A stretch of DNA of 64,000 nucleotides from an uncultured Verrucomicrobia subdivision 3 bacterium (lineage in GTDB: Bacteria; Verrucomicrobiota; Verrucomicrobiia; Limisphaerales; UBA11358). The notes under the pieces were generated by a model. The model saw only the letters and a program-made list of their open reading frames with translations. It searched no databases and was not told the DNA's origin. Below, piece after piece: positions 45,425 to 55,689 of the stretch. Every line of letters begins with the position of its first letter. The first letter of the stretch is position 1. A program made the position numbers and the translations under genes. The stretch spans positions 20,168 to 84,167 of the forward strand of contig CAIOIC010000111.1 of the NCBI GenBank assembly GCA_903858275.1, read 5' to 3'.

Positions 45425-46185
45425 ACGGCTCGAATCAAAATAATATTTCCTCAGGCGTCGGCCTCGTTGTGCGTGGTCTGCATAAGAGTTTTGACGGGCA
45501 GGAAGTGCTCAAAGGCATTGATTTTGAGGTTCGCCCTGGTGAAGTCTTTGTCATCATGGGGCCGAGCGGCAGTGGTAAAAGCGTATTGCTCAAGCACCTG
45601 ATCGGCCTGGAAGAAGCGGATGCCGGCGAGATTCTCATCAATGGCGATCCCATCACTGCACCGGAGATTGCCGCGAAATATCGCATGGCGCTGGTGTTTC
45701 AGTCCGGCGCGTTGTTGAGTTCGCTGACCGTCGGCGAAAATGTCGGTCTTTATCTGGCCGAGCACCGGTTGAAATCGCCGGAGGAGATTGAGCAAATCGT
45801 CACTGAAAAACTTGCGGATGTCGGCCTCCACGGGATTTTGCATAAAATGCCGTCCGAACTTTCCGGAGGCATGAAAAAGCGCGCCGCCATCGCCCGGGCG
45901 CTGGTCATCGAGCCGCAGCTTATTCTTTACGACGAACCGACGAGCGAACTGGATCCCGTTTCCGCAGTTGTGATTGGCGACGAGATCCTCGAACTCAAAC
46001 AGCGAATTGGCGTCACGTCACTGGTGGTGTCGCATGACCGCGATCTGGCGTTTGGCGTGGCCGACCGCATTGCCGTCATGGCTGATGGCCGCATCCTGAC
46101 CATAGGGACGCCCGACGAGGTTAAAAACTTTAAGGATTCGCAGGTGCAAAACTTTTTGAACGCCGATTTCAAACGCGAAAAATAA
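45421..46185 (+). CDS. mlaF: MlaF-type ABC transporter ATP-binding protein
   Basis: Walker A GPSGSGKS, signature LSGGMKKRAAIARAL, Walker B ILYDEPTSELD. The ATG overlaps the mlaE stop. Confidence 0.9.
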   Translation: MNGSNQNNISSGVGLVVRGLHKSFDGQEVLKGIDFEVRPGEVFVIMGPSGSGKSVLLKHLIGLEEADAGEILINGDPITAPEIAAKYRMALVFQSGALLSSLTVGENVGLYLAEHRLKSPEEIEQIVTEKLADVGLHGILHKMPSELSGGMKKRAAIARALVIEPQLILYDEPTSELDPVSAVVIGDEILELKQRIGVTSLVVSHDRDLAFGVADRIAVMADGRILTIGTPDEVKNFKDSQVQNFLNADFKREK

Positions 46186-46197
46186 ACCGTTATTCCT

Positions 46198-47169
46198 ATG
46201 AGAAATTCACTCGAAACCAAACTGGGCATCTTTGTGGTGCTAACTATTTTTGCCGCCGTGTTCATCATTGAGGTGCTCGGCAGCGCCGACATGTTCACCC
46301 GCGGCTATCATGTCACCGCGTTGTTCGACACCGCGCAGGACTTAAAGGTGGGCGACCACGTGAAAATGGCCGGCGTCCAAATCGGTCGCGTGGAAAAAAT
46401 CTCACTCGCCGAGAGCAAGGTCCAGGTGACGATGAAACTGCGTCCGGACGCCGTCGTGAAAACCGACAGCAGGGCCACCATCAAATTCACCGGCTTGATG
46501 GGGCAGAATTACGTCAATATCGCCTTTGGCTCCGCCGGCGTGAAGACGGCTGTGGATGGCATGGTGCTGGCAACCAGTGAGCAGGCGGACTTGAGCGCCA
46601 TCATGGCCAAGCTGGACAACGCCGCCGCCGGCATCGAAAACGTCACCAAAGTTTTCTCCGGCGACAAGCTGGACAACATTCTTGGGCCCATCACGGATTT
46701 CATGAAGCAAAACAGCGGGCCGCTCACCGCCACTATTGCCAACATCAAAAATGTCACCAGCCAGATTGCCGCCGGACAGGGCACGGTGGGTAAATTGATT
46801 TATGAGGACGCGCTCTATTCCACGGCATTGACGACCGTGAGCAACCTGCAGGACACGGCGGCCTCGGCAAAGGATGCCATTGAGTCCGCCAAGCTGGTGA
46901 TGAATGATGTCCGCGCCGGCAAGGGCACCATCGGCAAGCTGGTGACGGACGACAAGCTTTACACGGCAGCCACCGGCTCAATGACCAATCTTCATTCCAT
47001 CCTGCTGAAAGTGAACCAGGGCGACGGCACCATAGGCAAGCTGGTGAACGACCAGGAATTCTACAAAAACGCCAAGCTCTCGCTGCAGAAACTCGACAAA
47101 GCCGCCGATGGCTTGGAAGACCAGGGGCCGTTGAGCGTTCTGGGCATCATGGCGAACAACTTGTTTTAG
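46198..47169 (+). CDS. mlaD: MlaD/MCE family protein
   Basis: N-terminal TM plus MCE domain (VGDHVKMAGVQIGRVEKISL). The C-terminal part has three GxGT[IV]GKL[IV]x[DE][DQ]xx[Y] repeats. Confidence 0.85.
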   Translation: MRNSLETKLGIFVVLTIFAAVFIIEVLGSADMFTRGYHVTALFDTAQDLKVGDHVKMAGVQIGRVEKISLAESKVQVTMKLRPDAVVKTDSRATIKFTGLMGQNYVNIAFGSAGVKTAVDGMVLATSEQADLSAIMAKLDNAAAGIENVTKVFSGDKLDNILGPITDFMKQNSGPLTATIANIKNVTSQIAAGQGTVGKLIYEDALYSTALTTVSNLQDTAASAKDAIESAKLVMNDVRAGKGTIGKLVTDDKLYTAATGSMTNLHSILLKVNQGDGTIGKLVNDQEFYKNAKLSLQKLDKAADGLEDQGPLSVLGIMANNLF

Positions 47170-47171
47170 TT

Positions 47172-47579
47172 TCAGTCCGCCGCCAGTTGCAGCAACCGGT
47201 TGAACTGCGATGGCGTCACCGGCGTCACGGACAGGCGCGATTGCTTTACGAGCGCCATTTCTTTCAAAACGCCGTCCGCCTTGATGGTTTCTAGCGGGAT
47301 TGGACGAGGGAAAGTTTTTTCCGGCACCAAATCCACGCACGACCAGTCGCCTTCCTTCGCCGTGGCGTCGGGATAAAATTCTTTCGCCACCCGCGCCAGA
47401 CCGACGACCTCTTTGCCAGTGACGCTGTAATAAAACAGCACGGCGTCGCCTTTTTTCATCGCCCGCAGATTGTTGCGCGCCTGAAAATTTCTCACCCCGG
47501 TCCACGCGGTCCGTCCGTCCTTGAGAAATTGTGGCCACGCGTAGGCCGCCGGCTCAGATTTTACCAGCCAGTAATTCAT
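47172..47579 (-). CDS. EVE (PUA-like) domain protein
   Basis: MNYWLVKSEPAAYAWPQFLKDGRTAWTGVRNFQARNNLRAMKKGDAVLFYYS. The internal ATG avoids overlap with tsf. Confidence 0.85.
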   Translation of the reverse strand: MNYWLVKSEPAAYAWPQFLKDGRTAWTGVRNFQARNNLRAMKKGDAVLFYYSVTGKEVVGLARVAKEFYPDATAKEGDWSCVDLVPEKTFPRPIPLETIKADGVLKEMALVKQSRLSVTPVTPSQFNRLLQLAAD

Positions 47580-47664
47580 GCGGGAAGTGTAGGCGGGCGG
47601 CGCCAAAATTTCCGCAACAAAAAAGGCGCCCATTGCTGGACGCCTTGAGATTATTGGCGGAAAC

Positions 47665-48510
47665 TTAAGTCGCAGTTTCGCCGACCTGAAAGCGGACAAA
47701 ACGATGGATGGAGATTTCATCGCCAAGTTGTTTGCCGATTTGCGCGACGTGTTCCTTGACGCTGACTTCGGAATTGCGTTTCACGAAGCCTTGATCCACT
47801 AGGCAATAGGTCTGGAAAAATTTGTCCAGCACGCCTTGGAGGATTTTCTCCATCGCGGCGGCCGGCTTGCCTTTCAAACGGTCGGAGTTAGCGGCGATAT
47901 CGCGTTCCTTGGCAATCACTTCGGACGAAACATTGTCACGCGAAACAACGTGCGGAAAACCAGCGGCGATTTGCAGCGTGATGTCCTTCACCAGTTGCTT
48001 GAATTCGTCCTTGGCCGGGGTTTCGGCTTTGCCGCAACCGACTTCCACCAGCACGCCGACTTTGGCGCCGGTATGGATGTAGGCGGCAACGAGGCCGTTG
48101 CCGGAAACTTCCAGCTTGGCGTTGCGGGCGATTTTGATGTTTTCGCCCATCTTGCTGACGGCAGCTTGGCGGTCGGCTTCGAGATCAGCGGCCGGGTTGG
48201 CGGCTACCTTTTTGGCAAGTTCGTCGGCGAACGCGCGGAACGCTTCGTTGCGGGCAACGAAATCGGTTTCGCAGTTGATTTCGAGCAGCAGACCGGACTG
48301 GCCGCCCGGCGCGACGTATTGGGCGATGACGCCCTCGTTCGCGGCGCGGGTCGCCTTCTTGGCGGCACTGGCGGCACCGGACTTGCGAAGCAAATCCACG
48401 GCGGCGTCAATGTTGCCTTGCGCTTCGACGAGCGCTTTTTTGCATTCCATCATGCCAACGCCCGTCATTTCACGGAGCTTGGCCACATTTGCAGCAGTGA
48501 TTTCAGCCAT
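47665..48510 (-). CDS. tsf: translation elongation factor Ts
   Basis: MAEITAANVAKLREMTGVGMMECKKALVEAQGNIDAAVDLLRK. Confidence 0.96.
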   Translation of the reverse strand: MAEITAANVAKLREMTGVGMMECKKALVEAQGNIDAAVDLLRKSGAASAAKKATRAANEGVIAQYVAPGGQSGLLLEINCETDFVARNEAFRAFADELAKKVAANPAADLEADRQAAVSKMGENIKIARNAKLEVSGNGLVAAYIHTGAKVGVLVEVGCGKAETPAKDEFKQLVKDITLQIAAGFPHVVSRDNVSSEVIAKERDIAANSDRLKGKPAAAMEKILQGVLDKFFQTYCLVDQGFVKRNSEVSVKEHVAQIGKQLGDEISIHRFVRFQVGETAT

Positions 48511-48540
48511 ATTTTTGGGTGAAGGTTAAAATTAAATATT

Positions 48541-48580
48541 AAAAATTGCGGCGGCTGGGGAGTTCCATTCCACAGCCGCC
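48541..48580 (-). terminator. stem-loop plus T-run between rpsB and tsf (attenuator-type)
   Basis: On the minus strand: GGCGGCTG, 15-nt loop, CAGCCGCC, then GCAATTTTT. Confidence 0.5.
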
Positions 48581-48592
48581 AGATTGATTGAA

Positions 48593-49339
48593 TCAGGCGG
48601 CTGCGGCTGGGGCCGGAGCGGCTTCTTCATTCACACGGCGGGATTTTTTCGACTCAAACTCCGCGCGCGCCTGCGTGATAGTCTGCGAAACGGCCTGTAG
48701 AATCAGGCGGACGGAACGGATCGCGTCGTCGTTCGCGGCGATCGGATATTGCGCGTCATCGGGGTCACAGTTGGTGTCCACCAGGGCGACGACCGGAATT
48801 CCGAGCGTACGGGCTTCAGCCACGGCGTTGTGTTCGCGCTTCACGTCCACGACGAACAAGGCGGCGGGCATTTTGTCGAGATCGCGAAGACCGTCGAAAT
48901 ATTTGTGGAGGCGGGCGCCTTCGCGGCGGATGACCGCCTGTTCCTGTTTGACGTAGTCGTTGATGCCGCCGTCGGTTTCCATCTTCTCAATTTCCTTGAG
49001 GCGTTTGATGGAGGTTTTGACCGTGGCGTAGTTGGTCAGCGTGCCGCCGAGCCAGCGTTCGGTAACGAACATCTGGCCGGTTTCCTTCGCGGTTTCCTTG
49101 ACGCAGATTTGCGCCTGCTTCTTGGTGCCGACAAATAAAATCTTTCCACCTTTGCGGACGGTGGCGGTAAGAAAGTCGAGGGCGGCATTCAACTGCGCCT
49201 CGGTCTTGCTCAAGTCGATGATATGAATGCCATTCCGCGCGTCGAAGATGAACGGCTTCATCTTGGGGTTCCAGCGTTTGGTTTGATGACCGAAATGAAC
49301 GCCGGCGTCTAACAGTTCTTTTACTCCAATAGTGCTCAC
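48593..49339 (-). CDS. rpsB: 30S ribosomal protein S2
   Basis: [24 protein letters not shown] prefer the GTG at 49339, which is preceded by AAGGA 7 nt upstream; the ATG at 49369 is the alternative. The C-terminal tail is Ala/Pro-rich. Confidence 0.95.
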   Translation of the reverse strand: MSTIGVKELLDAGVHFGHQTKRWNPKMKPFIFDARNGIHIIDLSKTEAQLNAALDFLTATVRKGGKILFVGTKKQAQICVKETAKETGQMFVTERWLGGTLTNYATVKTSIKRLKEIEKMETDGGINDYVKQEQAVIRREGARLHKYFDGLRDLDKMPAALFVVDVKREHNAVAEARTLGIPVVALVDTNCDPDDAQYPIAANDDAIRSVRLILQAVSQTITQARAEFESKKSRRVNEEAAPAPAAAA

Positions 49340-49548
49340 AATTTTCCTTTGGTTAAAACCCCGATTCATCGAGGCATCCCGCGGAACACGGGATTATGGT
49401 TTGATGTTGTTATGGCCGCCCACCTTCACACGAAAGCGGATTTTAGGCCGTTTTTCCACGCAATTGTCGCCAATCGCGAGGAGCCGCAGATAATACCCTA
49501 GAAAGCAGGCGTGGCAACTTCAATTTTGTGGTGGTTTACGGATAAAAT

Positions 49549-50694
49549 TCAATTCGAGGCCGAATGCTTTTTCCGCTGCGCCAAAATCTTTTCTGACGGC
49601 TTAAAGTTGGCGATGAATTCCCGGTAGAATTCTCCAAATGTTCCGGCGGTAAGGTGCGTCCGAGCATCGGCCATGGTTTGCAGATACATGTGCGTGTTAT
49701 GGACACTCAACATACGCAGGCCGAGGATTTCGTTCACGTTCAGCAGATGCCGCAGATAGGCGCGGGTGAAATGTTTGCAGGCGAAACAACTGCAACCTTC
49801 CTCGATGGGACGAAAATCCGCCTTGAACTGTCCGCCCTTGATGCCAATGGCCCCGCGCCGCGTGTAGGCCGTGCCATTTCGCGCCACGCGCGTCGGCAGC
49901 ACGCAGTCAAACATGTCCACGCCCCGCGCTACCAGCTCAATCATCTGTGCGGGCGTGCCGAGGCCCATCGCATAACGCGCCTTGTTTCTGGGAAGATGCG
50001 GCACGGTGAATTCGATGGCTTGCAACATCTCCGGCTCCGGTTCGCCAACGCTCACGCCGCCGATGGCGTAGCCGTCAAAATCCATTGGCACAATCGTCTT
50101 AGCGCATTCCTCGCGCAGGGCGGGATTGTTGCCTCCTTGAACGATGCCGAAAACTTTCTGCCCTTCGGCGCGCGGCTGTTCGCGGCACTCGCGGGCCCAG
50201 CGGATGGTGCGTTCGACGGCGTGACGCTGTTCCTTGGCGGGCGCGTCGTGCGGCGGACATTCATCGAAAACCATGGCGATGTCCGATCCGAGCACCCGCT
50301 GGATTTCCATGGATTCCTTCGGGCCGATGAACAGCATCGAGCCATCCAGATGTGAACGAAATTCGACGCCGTGCGGTTTGATTTTGCGGATCTTGGCGAG
50401 ACTGAAAACCTGAAAGCCGCCGCTGTCGGTGAGGATTGGCAGTTGCCAGTTCATGAACTGATGCAGGCCGCCAGCCGCGCGGATAATGTCGAGTCCGGGC
50501 CGGATGTTCAGGTGATAGGTGTTGCCAAGGATGATTTGCGTGCCGCACTCAATGAGTTCGCGCGGATCCATCGCCTTGACGCTGGCCTGCGTGCCGACGG
50601 GCATATACACCGGCGTGTCCACGACGCCGTGCGCGGTGGTCAACTTGCCGAGGCGCGCCTGCGTCTGCGAATCAGTTTTAAGAAGTTCGAACAT
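49549..50694 (-). CDS. tgt: tRNA-guanine transglycosylase (queuine tRNA-ribosyltransferase)
   Basis: MFELLKTDSQTQARLGKLTTAHGVVDTPVYMPVGT, ILTDSGGFQV, Zn site CSCFACKHFTRAYLRHL. Confidence 0.95.
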   Translation of the reverse strand: MFELLKTDSQTQARLGKLTTAHGVVDTPVYMPVGTQASVKAMDPRELIECGTQIILGNTYHLNIRPGLDIIRAAGGLHQFMNWQLPILTDSGGFQVFSLAKIRKIKPHGVEFRSHLDGSMLFIGPKESMEIQRVLGSDIAMVFDECPPHDAPAKEQRHAVERTIRWARECREQPRAEGQKVFGIVQGGNNPALREECAKTIVPMDFDGYAIGGVSVGEPEPEMLQAIEFTVPHLPRNKARYAMGLGTPAQMIELVARGVDMFDCVLPTRVARNGTAYTRRGAIGIKGGQFKADFRPIEEGCSCFACKHFTRAYLRHLLNVNEILGLRMLSVHNTHMYLQTMADARTHLTAGTFGEFYREFIANFKPSEKILAQRKKHSASN

Positions 50695-50735
50695 CGCGCG
50701 AAGGATAGATAAAAACGGCGCGCGGGGAGATGAAA

Positions 50736-51266
50736 TTATTTGGCGGCCAATTCCGCAAGCGAAACATCCACCAGCAGATCGGCGGCGATTTTTTCCAAAT
50801 CTTTTTTCAATGCGGCCAGATCGCATTGGGCCGGCAGTTGCAGACGGGCGCTGGCCTTGAACAGGGTTTCGCCGGACATCGGCGCGCTGACGACTTCGCT
50901 GAAAAATTCCTCGACGTTCACCCCGGCGCGGGCCAGCGCGGCGGTGATTTCGCGGACGATTCCCGGTCGGTCGCTGCCGACAATTTCCAGTTTCGTTTGT
51001 TTGCCGGAAATAACGGTGGCAGCAGATGGTTCCGCGCGGACGAGAATTTGCAGCCCGTTGGCCTGAAGTTTTTGCAGGGCGGCCAGCAGCGCGTTTTTTT
51101 TCTCCGCCGGGATTTCGACACGCAAAATTCCCGCAAATTCACCGCCGAGTCGGCACATGCGGCTTTCCAGCCAGTTGCCGCCGTGTTCCGCCACGACTCG
51201 GGCGATGGTTTCCACCAAGCCCGTGCGATCCGGGCTGATGACGGTCATGACGAGGGGAATTGACAT
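50736..51266 (-). CDS. tandem ACT-domain protein (GcvR-like)
   Basis: LVMTVISPDRTGLVETIARVVAEHGGNWLESRMCRLGGEFAGIL, with a second ACT at EIVGSDRPGIVREITAALARAGVNV. Confidence 0.7.
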   Translation of the reverse strand: MSIPLVMTVISPDRTGLVETIARVVAEHGGNWLESRMCRLGGEFAGILRVEIPAEKKNALLAALQKLQANGLQILVRAEPSAATVISGKQTKLEIVGSDRPGIVREITAALARAGVNVEEFFSEVVSAPMSGETLFKASARLQLPAQCDLAALKKDLEKIAADLLVDVSLAELAAK

Positions 51267-51274
51267 GGCGAAAA

Positions 51275-51679
51275 TTAAGCTTGGCTGGTGATTTTCCGCC
51301 AGTCCACGCCTTGTTTACCGGCGTAGATGGCAAAGGCTTTTTCATTCTGGATCAGCACTACGCGCACGACGCTGGAATCATCCGCGCGGCCCAAATCCAA
51401 AATGCTGTCCGGAATGACCCCCATTTTTTTGTGGGCATAGATCAACGCAAACACCGCCTGGGCGACGGCCACGAAAGGCAGGTCTTTGTAAGCGCCCTCA
51501 ATGGCGTCTTCGACCGCGTCGGCAAGAAATTCAAGCTGGTCCACGAGGTGCGGAAATTTCGGCGCGTTGATCTGGGTGAATTCCAGTTTCCATTGGGGCA
51601 GATGCCGCAGAACTTGCTCCGCGACGGCCGGCGTGATGGTGGTGGCACCGTGGTTGACGAACTTGGCGATTTCAGGCAT
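51275..51679 (-). CDS. hypothetical protein, DUF1232-like motif
   Basis: ALIYAHKKMGVIPDSILDLGRADDSSVV resembles the Y..P.D.IPD...G..DD motif of YkvA/DUF1232. Confidence 0.5.
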   Translation of the reverse strand: MPEIAKFVNHGATTITPAVAEQVLRHLPQWKLEFTQINAPKFPHLVDQLEFLADAVEDAIEGAYKDLPFVAVAQAVFALIYAHKKMGVIPDSILDLGRADDSSVVRVVLIQNEKAFAIYAGKQGVDWRKITSQA

Positions 51680-51791
51680 GGCGGCAATCTAGTGAATGCG
51701 GAAGGGCCGTCCAAGTGAAATTGTGAGCAAAAAAACCGCCGCCACCCATGACGGGCGGCGGCGGTGCTGGCGGCGGAAATTTTCCGCGCGC

Positions 51792-53243
51792 TCAAGCCAG
51801 CTTGTAAAACTGCTCCCAATCCTTGCGCGGCGGCACGCCGTCAAGCAGGGCATTGGCGACTTTATGATTGGTGATTTGTTTGGTCGCCGGGTCAAACGTC
51901 AGCTTGGCGTTCACCCGCTGCGCGATGATGCCGATGGCCATCGCCTGGCACAACGGCCCGGCTACCGCGAAGTTGGAGTGGCATTTTTCCTCACCCTTGC
52001 AGGCGCGGAGGAAGTTGACGTAGTGGTTCGCCGGGCTCTTGGGCACGACTGGAAGCTTGGAAACAATGTCCTTCGCCTTTACCGAAGGTAGAATTTCCAG
52101 TGTCGTCGCGTGGGAGCCGCCCTTGAAGGTCAGTCCATCACCGTAAATAACTTTCCCCGGCGGGCGTTTTTTATTGGCCGGCACGGCAGATCCCTTCGAG
52201 GGAGGCGGAATGTTCGGGTCGAGGACGGCATCGCCGATGTTGTCCGGCAGGGGCGGCAGGTTTTCCTGGCCGTCATACCAGGTGAGTTCCACCGGCGGTT
52301 TTGCGCCGCGCGCAGGGAAGCGGAATGCCAGCGTGGAGGCTTGCGGGAAAATGAATGGGCTGTAGCCGTCGAGCTTCACCGCCTCGACTTCCGTTGGCAG
52401 GCCAAGCTGCAAAAATTCGTGCGCCGTGTCGAAGATGTGCGCCCCCCAATCGCCGAGCGCGCCGTTGCCGAAGTCAAACCATGAGCGCCACTCGCCGTTG
52501 ACGTAGCCTTTGTTGTAGGCGTGCTGCTGCGCGGTCGCCAGCCAGCTATCCCAGTCCAGGCTCGCCGGCACCGGTTCTTGGGGGAGGTAGTCGGTGAGTT
52601 TGCTGAAGGCGAGTTTCGGTGTGTCGTGCCAGCGGCGCGAATTGTTCATGTAGGCCGTGATCTTGGTGACATTCTTGATGATGCCGGCTTCGGTCCAGGC
52701 CTTGAACTGGAAATAGTTCGCCTCGGAATGGCCCTGGTTGCCCATCTGCGCGGCCACTTTGTATTTCTTTTCCGCCGCCATCATCAGCTCAACCTGCCGG
52801 AAGCTGTGGCCCATGGGTTTTTCACAATAGACATGCTTCCCGAGGGACATCGCCAGCATCGCGATGGGGAAATGCGAAAAGTCCGGCGTGCCGATGCACA
52901 CGGCGTCAATGTCCTTGCCCATCTTGTCGAACATCTTCCGAAAATCTTGAAAACGCGGGACATCCGGCAGCAGCTTTAGCGCCTTTTGCGTGTGTGGCGC
53001 GCCCATATCCGTGTCGCACAGCGCGACGAAATTCACCAAGCCGGTCTGGTGAAATTTTTCGAGGTCTTCCCAGCCGCGGTTGCCGATTCCAATGCAGGCG
53101 AGATTGACTTTGTTGTTGGCGCCCGCCGCCATCAGCAGGTGCGGCCCGAACATGGATGCCGCGCCTGTCGCGAGCACGCCTTTTAGAAACGCACGACGTT
53201 GCATCAGCGTCACGGAGATTTTTTGGAGGTGGTTTGATTTCAT
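51792..53243 (-). CDS. Gfo/Idh/MocA family oxidoreductase, Tat-exported
   Basis: Twin-arginine MQRRAFLKGVLATGAASMF, and Rossmann LACIGIGNRGWEDL. Confidence 0.88.
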   Translation of the reverse strand: MKSNHLQKISVTLMQRRAFLKGVLATGAASMFGPHLLMAAGANNKVNLACIGIGNRGWEDLEKFHQTGLVNFVALCDTDMGAPHTQKALKLLPDVPRFQDFRKMFDKMGKDIDAVCIGTPDFSHFPIAMLAMSLGKHVYCEKPMGHSFRQVELMMAAEKKYKVAAQMGNQGHSEANYFQFKAWTEAGIIKNVTKITAYMNNSRRWHDTPKLAFSKLTDYLPQEPVPASLDWDSWLATAQQHAYNKGYVNGEWRSWFDFGNGALGDWGAHIFDTAHEFLQLGLPTEVEAVKLDGYSPFIFPQASTLAFRFPARGAKPPVELTWYDGQENLPPLPDNIGDAVLDPNIPPPSKGSAVPANKKRPPGKVIYGDGLTFKGGSHATTLEILPSVKAKDIVSKLPVVPKSPANHYVNFLRACKGEEKCHSNFAVAGPLCQAMAIGIIAQRVNAKLTFDPATKQITNHKVANALLDGVPPRKDWEQFYKLA

Positions 53244-53263
53244 ATCTTTGGTTTTTCAGCTGT

Positions 53264-54685
53264 TTAATTTGCCGGGAGTTCGCGGATTTTTACGTTGCTG
53301 TAGGAAACTTCATTGCCGTGATCCTGCAGCAGGATATGGCCATCCGCCCATTCGCCAAAGTCGGGAATGTTGTGGTATTTGCTCCCCGCGACGATGGTTC
53401 GAAACTCGGGCGAGCCGCGTTCGAATTCAACCGTCTTCTGGTTGTTCAGCCAGAACTCGACGTGTTTGCCCTGCGACAGAATCCGGGCGTGATTCCATTC
53501 GCCGATCGGCAAGACGAACTTGTTGGTGGCCGCAGGAATCAAATCATAAAGCGAGCCGATGGTGCGGTTGCCGTTCTTGCCGAGCTTCGCATCGGGATGC
53601 CGGACGTCGTCGAGCACTTGAAACTCGCAGCCGATGGCGGAACCAACGGCGGCCGGCTTGCCGGTCTTTTTGTCAATCGGCGAAAGGTTCGGCTGCACGA
53701 AAATCTTGATGCCGCTGTTTGCGCCGGGCGTGATTTTGAAATCCGCCGTGAGTTCAAAGTTGGCGTAGCGTTTGCGGGTGATGATGTCGCCGCCGCCGCC
53801 GGATTCCTCCCCGTCCTTGGCCTGGACCGTCAGCACGCCGGCTTTGATTACCCAGCCCTTGGCGGGGAAGTTTTCCGACTTCGCGCTGCGCCAGCCTTCG
53901 TTGGATTTGCCGTCCCAGAGCAGTTGCCAGCCCGCTTTTTGCTCGTAGGCGGAAAGCGTGTTCGGCGCCGCGGCGATTTCGCGGATGCGAATGTTCTTGA
54001 AGCGGGCGTGAAGTCCGACTTTAGAGGCATCCTTGCCGATGCCATGCACTTGCAGGCCGATGCGCCCGCTCGGTGTCATCGCATCGCAAAAATCTGCGCG
54101 CGGTTCGCCATTCAGCCACGTCTTAATGGAAGCGCCATTGCAGAGGATGCGCAGGTGATTCCATTCACCGGGCTTGCTGACGCGCCGGCCTTGTTCGGTG
54201 AATCCATTGGTGCTGCCGCCGAGTTTGCCAGGGAAAAGCCATCCGCGCCGCGCCTCGTCATAAATCCCCGCCGTCCACATGCGATTTTTCTTCGTATCCA
54301 TGTCGATCTCACATTGGTAGCCGTGCAGGCGGTCGGCCGGCAGCTTGCTGGTGACGCTGCCGAATTGCAGCGTGCGCGCTTCCGGAAACAAATCGCTGCG
54401 GAACTGCACGCCGGAATTGAGCTGGTCATCCACCTGATAATCCAACTCCAGTTCAAAATTGCCGTAGGATTTCACCGGGCAGAGAAAGCTGTTGCCCGTG
54501 CCGGCGACCGCTTCGCCGACCAGAACGCCGTCCACGGCGGAATATTTTGCCGTGCCGCTGTGGATTTCCCAGCCGTCGATGTTTTTGCCGTTGAAAAGAT
54601 TAACCCAGCCCTCCTGCGCCAATAGCTGCGAGGTGCAAAGGATGGCGAAGGTGGCAGCGTAGAAAAATAATTTTGGTAATTTCAT
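53264..54685 (-). CDS. secreted protein with two DUF1080 (3-keto-disaccharide hydrolase-type) domains
   Basis: The signal peptide MKLPKLFFYAATFAILCTSQLLA is the preferred start. GWVNLFNGKNIDGWE...NSGVQFRS and GWQLLWDGKSNEGWR...NSGIKIF. Confidence 0.85.
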   Translation of the reverse strand: MKLPKLFFYAATFAILCTSQLLAQEGWVNLFNGKNIDGWEIHSGTAKYSAVDGVLVGEAVAGTGNSFLCPVKSYGNFELELDYQVDDQLNSGVQFRSDLFPEARTLQFGSVTSKLPADRLHGYQCEIDMDTKKNRMWTAGIYDEARRGWLFPGKLGGSTNGFTEQGRRVSKPGEWNHLRILCNGASIKTWLNGEPRADFCDAMTPSGRIGLQVHGIGKDASKVGLHARFKNIRIREIAAAPNTLSAYEQKAGWQLLWDGKSNEGWRSAKSENFPAKGWVIKAGVLTVQAKDGEESGGGGDIITRKRYANFELTADFKITPGANSGIKIFVQPNLSPIDKKTGKPAAVGSAIGCEFQVLDDVRHPDAKLGKNGNRTIGSLYDLIPAATNKFVLPIGEWNHARILSQGKHVEFWLNNQKTVEFERGSPEFRTIVAGSKYHNIPDFGEWADGHILLQDHGNEVSYSNVKIRELPAN

Positions 54686-54773
54686 TTGTTGTCTGGATTC
54701 AGACGCATTATCGCGCAAACGGGTTACGAAACAATTCTTTTCAATTACACCGTGCAACTGCTAAAAATCCCGT

Positions 54774-55655
54774 GTGCAAGACCTCATCGCCAAAGCCGCC
54801 ACGCTGATGGAAGCGTTGCCCTATATCCAGAAATTTAGCGGTGAAACGTTCGTCGTGAAATACGGCGGCAGTTTCATGGATTCGCCGGACGAAAGCATTC
54901 GCAACGGCGTGGCCCGCGACATCGTTTTTCTCGAAGCCGTCGAGATCAACCCCGTCGTCGTCCACGGCGGCGGCAAGGCCATCACCCGCGCCATGGAAAA
55001 GGCCGGACTGAAGGCAAACTTCATTCAGGGCCAGCGCGTGACCGACGAGGCCACGGCGCAAATCGTGGATGATGTGCTTTCCCGCGAGATCAATCCCGAA
55101 GTCGTCAAGACCATCAACGCGCTCGGCGGCCAGGCGGTCGGCTTCGCCGGGCCGGACATTTTTAAATGCAAAAAGCTTTACCTCGACGACAAGGATAATC
55201 CGGGCAAAAAAATCGACATCGGCTACGTCGGCGAAGTCATTGAAGTCAACGTCGCTCCGCTGAAAGAATCCATCTGGTGCGGCCACACGCCGGTCATCAG
55301 CCCGACCGCGCGCGGCGAGGACGGTAAGATTTACAACTGCAACGCCGACGTTGCCGCCGCCATGGTCGCCATTGCGCTCAACGCCAAGCGGCTCGTCTTC
55401 ATGTCCGACGTGCCCGGATTGATGCGCGACCCGAAAGATGTTTCCACCGTCATCGCGCATCTCCACACGGCGGAAGTTCCCGGCCTCAAAGCCGCCGGCA
55501 TCGTGGACAAGGGCATGATTCCGAAAGTAGACAGCGCCGTCGCCGCCATCAAATCCGGCGTGGAAAAAGTTTCCTTCGTGGACGGTCGCACCCCGCACTC
55601 GGTCATGCTCGAAATCTTCACGGACAAGGGTGTCGGCACGGAAGTCGTGCTATAA
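54774..55655 (+). CDS. argB: acetylglutamate kinase
   Basis: EALPYIQKFSGETFVVKYGGSFM...VVVHGGG...NCNADVAAA. GTG start. Confidence 0.93.
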   Translation: MQDLIAKAATLMEALPYIQKFSGETFVVKYGGSFMDSPDESIRNGVARDIVFLEAVEINPVVVHGGGKAITRAMEKAGLKANFIQGQRVTDEATAQIVDDVLSREINPEVVKTINALGGQAVGFAGPDIFKCKKLYLDDKDNPGKKIDIGYVGEVIEVNVAPLKESIWCGHTPVISPTARGEDGKIYNCNADVAAAMVAIALNAKRLVFMSDVPGLMRDPKDVSTVIAHLHTAEVPGLKAAGIVDKGMIPKVDSAVAAIKSGVEKVSFVDGRTPHSVMLEIFTDKGVGTEVVL

Positions 55656-55689
55656 ATTACCGTCGCTGAACAAGGCGTTTTGACTGGCT

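Noticed and set aside
53156-54625. 489-aa plus-strand ORF.
   Set aside because: It is antisense to the tandem DUF1080 gene, with shadow-ORF composition.
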